From an uncultured Dysgonomonas sp. (lineage in GTDB: Bacteria; Bacteroidota; Bacteroidia; Bacteroidales; Dysgonomonadaceae), in the NCBI RefSeq assembly GCF_934668725.1, contig NZ_CAKUOF010000017.1, positions 3,336-67,335 on the forward strand: a stretch of DNA of 64,000 bases, given 5' to 3'. Below are positions 59,602 through 64,000 of this stretch, piece by piece (the first letter of the stretch is position 1; every line of letters starts with the position of its first letter). The notes below the pieces were generated by a model that searched no databases, was not told the origin of the DNA, and saw only the letters and a list, made by a program, of their open reading frames with translations. The position numbers were made by a program, and so were the translations under genes.

Positions 59602-61182
59602 TTATTGTTCAGGTAAACTCTTCCACTTTCTTAAGATCACTTGAATGAAAAACCACATAGAAACAAAAGTCAAACATATATTAGCCCAGATAAACTCTAT
59701 TATATGCTCATCCATGAAAAGGTAAGTTTCATATAACCTATTATTATCATAGGTATAATCATTATAAGAATATTGGTTATGCCCTATAATATAGATAGCC
59801 ATAAAAATAAGTGCAGGTACAGCGGGCACAAACCAGATAAGATGATTGATGTATATATCAGATCTGCTTTTAGCTTTTTTACTCATATTTTTTCTTAATA
59901 CAGATATCAATTCTAAAGAAAAAATTATCAGTAAAACGAAAATATAAAATAGAAGCCCAACTATATCCATACGAAACGGACTTGATATTGCAAAAGATAA
60001 TATACCATTAATAAACAAAATCAGACCTATTGATATTAATGCTATAAGCCATGACTTGCCGGTAGTGGATCTAAAAGAAAATACCAGTAAAGAAATAGAT
60101 AGAGCCATCGTTATACTGATTATAAAAAATGCCAGACTTCCATCTTTATCAACATAGGCATCCATTATTTTACTATAAGAGCGTTCTAGTTCGTCATAAG
60201 AAACATAGTAACCATTAGGAGTATTATCTCTTGAACTATAGTAATAACTATATTCATTTTTAGCCTCTTCATCTTCGTAATTATAGGATGTGATTAAATT
60301 GAAGTCTCCTACCGGATATTTAGATGGATTATACACCAACTGTAACCACTGATCTTTAGTTAAATTGGTTTTTAAATTATGCTTATTTTGTAGTGCAAAG
60401 AAACTATCTATCAATCGACTTATTTCCTCTTTATTTTGTTGTCTTAACCATTTTTTGACGGTATCTGCATCACGTATTGTAAAATCAGATTTCGAAGAAA
60501 TATAAAACTGATTCAGAGACCCATAATTCAGCAAAGACAATTGAGCAAAATCGGGATAATCGGGATAGTGAACATTATTCGATTCCGCATATTCTACGGG
60601 ATCAACGTATTCTGCTACAGAGGCTGAGCTATCTAAATTTCCAGAGTGTTTATCAGGTGCAGATTTCATATAATAATCCGATGGTAAATCTGTAGGATAT
60701 TCCTGATAATAACTAGTTTTATCTGTAGGAATTAATATTCTAATCAGATTAAGAGTTTCAACAGCTTTAATCATTTCTTGCTTACTTACGTAGGATCTAA
60801 CTTTTGAAGCAGAACCTTGATAATAAGAGAAGGGGAATAATATGAATCCACAAATAATTACGAATGACAAAACCCACTCTAAATACAATCCTCCGCTACT
60901 TTTAGGGTAAAACGATTTGAATGCGTTATTTTTAGAATAAAAGACTAACCATATAATAAATAATAAAATAGCAGTCAGGACTGCTCCCATATAGATCAGT
61001 GCTGCTCCGGGAAAAGAGCTGCTGTAACTATATCGATCTGAAAAATCTATTTTTGTTAGAAAATATCCTGCAAGAAAAAATAAAATATTAATTACAACCG
61101 CTCCCAAAAAGGCTGGAACGATCTTTATATTCCATAAAAGAGGATAATTTAAGAGGAGATATTGTTGGATTTTCTTTAACAT
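59602..61182 (-). CDS. polytopic membrane protein with large Tyr/Asp/Asn-rich extracytoplasmic loop; probable permease partner of the adjacent ABC ATPase
   Basis: 526 aa. N-terminal TM bundle (4-5 helices), a ~200-aa hydrophilic loop (YYQEYPTDLPSDYYMKSAPDKHSG...) and C-terminal TM helices. No recognised family. Confidence 0.45.
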   Translation of the reverse strand: MLKKIQQYLLLNYPLLWNIKIVPAFLGAVVINILFFLAGYFLTKIDFSDRYSYSSSFPGAALIYMGAVLTAILLFIIWLVFYSKNNAFKSFYPKSSGGLYLEWVLSFVIICGFILFPFSYYQGSASKVRSYVSKQEMIKAVETLNLIRILIPTDKTSYYQEYPTDLPSDYYMKSAPDKHSGNLDSSASVAEYVDPVEYAESNNVHYPDYPDFAQLSLLNYGSLNQFYISSKSDFTIRDADTVKKWLRQQNKEEISRLIDSFFALQNKHNLKTNLTKDQWLQLVYNPSKYPVGDFNLITSYNYEDEEAKNEYSYYYSSRDNTPNGYYVSYDELERSYSKIMDAYVDKDGSLAFFIISITMALSISLLVFSFRSTTGKSWLIALISIGLILFINGILSFAISSPFRMDIVGLLFYIFVLLIIFSLELISVLRKNMSKKAKSRSDIYINHLIWFVPAVPALIFMAIYIIGHNQYSYNDYTYDNNRLYETYLFMDEHIIEFIWANICLTFVSMWFFIQVILRKWKSLPEQ

Positions 61183-61242
61183 TGTCTAAGTATTTAAGTA
61201 CTGTAATAATAAATAATAAGAATATAAAACCTGATTTCTTCT

Positions 61243-62403
61243 TTATGACAGGAAGAATCGACGTGTAGAGTTAGATATATTTCTGAAATAATTCAATGGA
61301 ATATGATTATCTACAATAACTTGGAGAAACCGTTCTTGTGAAATATTTGCAGGGAAAATAGCAATATAGGTCCCCCCTTTTATTTGTAAAGTTTCCAGTT
61401 CCAGATTAGAGAATACAGTACGAAGCTCTTCTTGGCTCCAATCACTTTCAAATTCGACAATAAACTTTGCGACCTCTTTAAATTCAGCAACACCTTCTTT
61501 CACATCCGCATTTTGAGGTTGTCCTTTTTTTAAGAAAATAACTCTATCTGATGTTTTCTCAACTTCATACAATTGCTGAGAGCTCAAAACTATTCCTAAT
61601 GGACGGAATGGCGATTTAGCAATATCTCTAAAATCATCTAAGACTACCTGTTGAGCCAAAATATCGAGATTAGCAAGAGGCTCATCAATCAACAAGAGTT
61701 TAGGCTTACGAAGCAACATTCTTGCTAATTCAAACCGCATCTTATAACCAGATGACAAGCTGTTCCAGTTGAGATTACGATACCCTCTCAGTCCCATTCG
61801 TGCTATAACAAGCTGAACCAGATTTTCGTTTTCCTCTCCTAAAATTCCATAGGAAGCTGCAGTAAACTGAAGATTAGATAATAATGTTCCATGCCAATCT
61901 TTAGTTCGTTGCGGTATATATATCAACTGGGAACGAAGATCATAGTCATCTTTATATTGAAAGAGATAATCTATTTTACCATTCGTTGGAGCTAATTCAC
62001 CACACAACGAACGCAATAATGTTGTTTTTCCATTACCATTCTCTCCTACCAATCCAATTATTTCTCCCTCAGAAATATCGAAGCTAATTGGTCCTAAAGC
62101 AAAATAAGATTGAGTATAAGCTTTTATTAAATTCTGAACAACAAGTAGTTTTTCACCCTGTCTACTACCTTTTTTCTGCAGAAAAGTGAAAAGATCATCC
62201 AGTAAAATTTTAAAACGTTGCTGTATTTCGGGAATATTAGTCTGATTCTGCTCAAGCCAATCAAGTAAATACACTGTCTTTTTGTAATAAAACAAATCTT
62301 CAGTGTCTAATGTTAAATCGATTATTTTTTTCAGAAGATTTGGATAGTCCTCATATTCTAACAGTTGGTATATATTTTTATAATGGGTTTCAAATAGAGA
62401 CAT
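61243..62403 (-). CDS. ABC transporter ATP-binding protein with ~90-aa N-terminal extension
   Basis: Walker A GLVGENGNGKTTLL, signature LSSGYKMRFELARML, and Walker B LLLIDEPLANLD. The N-terminal ~90 aa and C-terminal ~110 aa are not ABC-like. Confidence 0.7.
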   Translation of the reverse strand: MSLFETHYKNIYQLLEYEDYPNLLKKIIDLTLDTEDLFYYKKTVYLLDWLEQNQTNIPEIQQRFKILLDDLFTFLQKKGSRQGEKLLVVQNLIKAYTQSYFALGPISFDISEGEIIGLVGENGNGKTTLLRSLCGELAPTNGKIDYLFQYKDDYDLRSQLIYIPQRTKDWHGTLLSNLQFTAASYGILGEENENLVQLVIARMGLRGYRNLNWNSLSSGYKMRFELARMLLRKPKLLLIDEPLANLDILAQQVVLDDFRDIAKSPFRPLGIVLSSQQLYEVEKTSDRVIFLKKGQPQNADVKEGVAEFKEVAKFIVEFESDWSQEELRTVFSNLELETLQIKGGTYIAIFPANISQERFLQVIVDNHIPLNYFRNISNSTRRFFLS

Positions 62404-62528
62404 AGTTGTAGTGTGAATTAAAATATTATCAGCTAAGATATATACTTTCTATAAATAATTAACAGAGAAGTTGCTTTTTTATAGTTTGCAGCTACAACTC
62501 CAGTTCATAAACAATTTACAGAATTGAT

Positions 62529-63320
62529 TTACTCCTGCTCCTCCATTTGTAAATTATAATTATCTAATTTAGACTTTTTTGTGGAGAAATAAAACAATAA
62601 ACGAAAGGTATGATTAAGATTATATACATTACCGGCTGCCGTTTGCTGAAAAATGGGAAAATATCCAAAATCATAAGCTACCCCCTTCCCTAATGAATGA
62701 CGGATTCCGATAAATAAGCGGATTTGATCTAATGGATTATTTACGATCTGCTTACCAAATTGGAGCAGAATTTCATTACTAAACATAAGTTGTGGAACAG
62801 ATGTTTTTTTAGATATTGGTAAACGGAAGGTATATAAATACCGAATACGTTCTGAAAATGTTCTACCTACGGTCTGGTCTCCTTCAACGACCTCCCGCCA
62901 ACGCGATTCTATTCTGAAACGTTGTGTAACTCCCAATTTCCATAAACTTGAAGTTACTATCAATTGTTGATCGAAACGGTATTCGAGCGTAAAATTCTTA
63001 TCTTTAAGAAATGGTCTGTATAACCAAAGATTTCCATACGCAGCTGTTAGAGAAATATTATCATTAAACCAATATCCTCCACCAAGTCGAGCAAAATAAA
63101 AGCCTGGTTCTTTTATAAACTCATCTCTTCGAATAATTAAATCAGCAGTCATTCCCCAATTATCAGAAAAACGATGAGTTGTAAGAATTCCTGTCCAAGT
63201 ATGTATATTATGATTGATTTGTTTAGTAACACTACGTCCCTCTTGTGCATAACTAAACAATGACATCAGAAATAAAATAAATAATATTCTAATCCTCATT
63301 GCAGATAATGTAATTATCAA
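62529..63320 (-). CDS. DUF2490-family outer-membrane protein (putative)
   Basis: 263 aa with a signal peptide (ILFILFLMSLFSYAQ) and beta-rich sequence. Family assignment is from recalled similarity only. Confidence 0.4.
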   Translation of the reverse strand: MIITLSAMRIRILFILFLMSLFSYAQEGRSVTKQINHNIHTWTGILTTHRFSDNWGMTADLIIRRDEFIKEPGFYFARLGGGYWFNDNISLTAAYGNLWLYRPFLKDKNFTLEYRFDQQLIVTSSLWKLGVTQRFRIESRWREVVEGDQTVGRTFSERIRYLYTFRLPISKKTSVPQLMFSNEILLQFGKQIVNNPLDQIRLFIGIRHSLGKGVAYDFGYFPIFQQTAAGNVYNLNHTFRLLFYFSTKKSKLDNYNLQMEEQE

Positions 63321-63598
63321 TATAACATCTCCTTTTATTGAATGTTTTTAAAGCATTACTATTTTTATTACAAAAAATCACTACAAAGTGCTAATATACG
63401 ATGTACTTGGGGTATTACATTCAAAAATAAAACTCATAATTTAGTTTTCTCAGGAGATTTAAAGTAACTAAGAACTTAATATTTCTATAAAAATTAAATG
63501 TATGAGAAAACAATGTAAAAAATCACTTATCTTTGTAGCATAAATATCCTAGCTAATAATGTTCATTCATTTTATAACGGATAATTAATTATATTCAT

Positions 63599-63994
63599 GG
63601 GGCTGACCGGTTTTGACAGCGAGATGAAGTGGTTTGTAAGCATGCAGTGCGTAGTCGGCTAGCACTATAATCTCAGACGGCAAAATTTTAACTGGCGAAA
63701 ATAATTACGCTCTTGCTGCTTAATCGAATCATAGTAGATATAGCTTAATCCTCGCACAGGTGTGAGGACAAGACATCACCCGGAAGCTGTGGCTTCGAAG
63801 CATTCCGATTCGGTGGTGTAGGTAAATCGGAGATAGATTAGAGAAGGCTTCGGTCTCTTTTCGAAACTAAAGAAGCTAAGGTTTGAGTTGGTGGCTTTGG
63901 TCTTGCTCACTCCCGACAATTAAAGCAAAGATAAGCATGTAGAAAGCAAATTAATTCCTTGTTTGGACGAGGGTTCGAATCCCTCCAGCTCCAC
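63599..63994 (+). ncRNA. ssrA: tmRNA (transfer-messenger RNA, SsrA)
   Basis: 5' GGGGCUGA acceptor half, and a 3' T-arm/acceptor GGACGAGGGUUCGAAUCCCUCCAGCUCCAC (CCA not encoded). The internal tag ORF at 63694-63723 is GGC GAA AAT AAT TAC GCT CTT GCT GCT TAA, encoding GENNYALAA plus stop, the Bacteroidota-type proteolysis tag. Confidence 0.9.
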
Positions 63995-64000
63995 TTTTCA

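Noticed and set aside
1-64000. Mobile elements, CRISPR arrays, rRNA/tRNA genes
   Set aside because: No transposase- or integrase-like ORFs and no direct-repeat/spacer arrays were seen. Apart from ssrA at 63599-63994, no GC-rich structured RNA blocks stand out against the AT-rich intergenic background.

Overview
This 64-kb window is low-GC (about 33-35%) chromosomal DNA from a Bacteroidota genome. Its gene content (class II ribonucleotide reductase, acyl-CoA transferase, Fe-S L-serine dehydratase) suggests an anaerobe, probably Bacteroidales, although Flavobacteriia cannot be excluded. Gene density is high, and no IS elements, integrases, CRISPR arrays, rRNA or tRNA genes were found.

Main contents, in order:
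- mnmD and ispF.
- A type IX secretion module, FAH-porU-porV, in the same order as P. gingivalis PG0025-PG0027.
- pyrE, an SRPBCC protein, argH and serB.
- A 1.2-kaa secreted PL8-type (hyaluronate/chondroitin AC-like) lyase with a T9SS C-terminal sorting domain and a DNA-level tandem duplication of a ~180-aa domain.
- nrdJ (B12-dependent class II RNR) and an acetyl/succinyl-CoA transferase.
- miaB.
- A conserved YtxH/holin-like/K-rich small-protein trio.
- A MATE exporter, panD-panC, a GT5-like short 'glycogen synthase' and a DUF4270 lipoprotein.
- A TonB-dependent receptor and a LysE exporter.
- A complete 14-gene nuoA-N complex I operon with separate nuoC and nuoD, nuoEF, and a short 348-aa nuoG.
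- A tight six-gene minus-strand operon described below.
- An L-serine dehydratase, an ABC ATPase with a large membrane partner, a DUF2490 protein, and tmRNA (ssrA, tag GENNYALAA) at the 3' edge.

The most interesting locus is the six-gene operon at 47595-57334. It encodes a YbjN/CesT-like protein, PspA/IM30, an NfeD/YqiJ-like membrane protein, a flotillin, a 1621-aa coiled-coil protein with a classic-type AAA+ ATPase domain, and an outer-membrane beta-barrel protein. It is transcribed divergently from an XRE-HTH/S24-like regulator. This looks like an uncharacterised envelope-remodelling or stress system that pairs a bacterial ESCRT-III-like protein (PspA) with a dedicated AAA+ ATPase.

A second notable signal is a recurring palindrome, AGGTCTCAGACCT followed by a T-rich tail. 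It sits 10-35 nt upstream of at least six minus-strand cistrons (nuoN, nuoM, nuoJ, nuoC, porU, panD), including an identical 17-nt extension before nuoM and nuoN.
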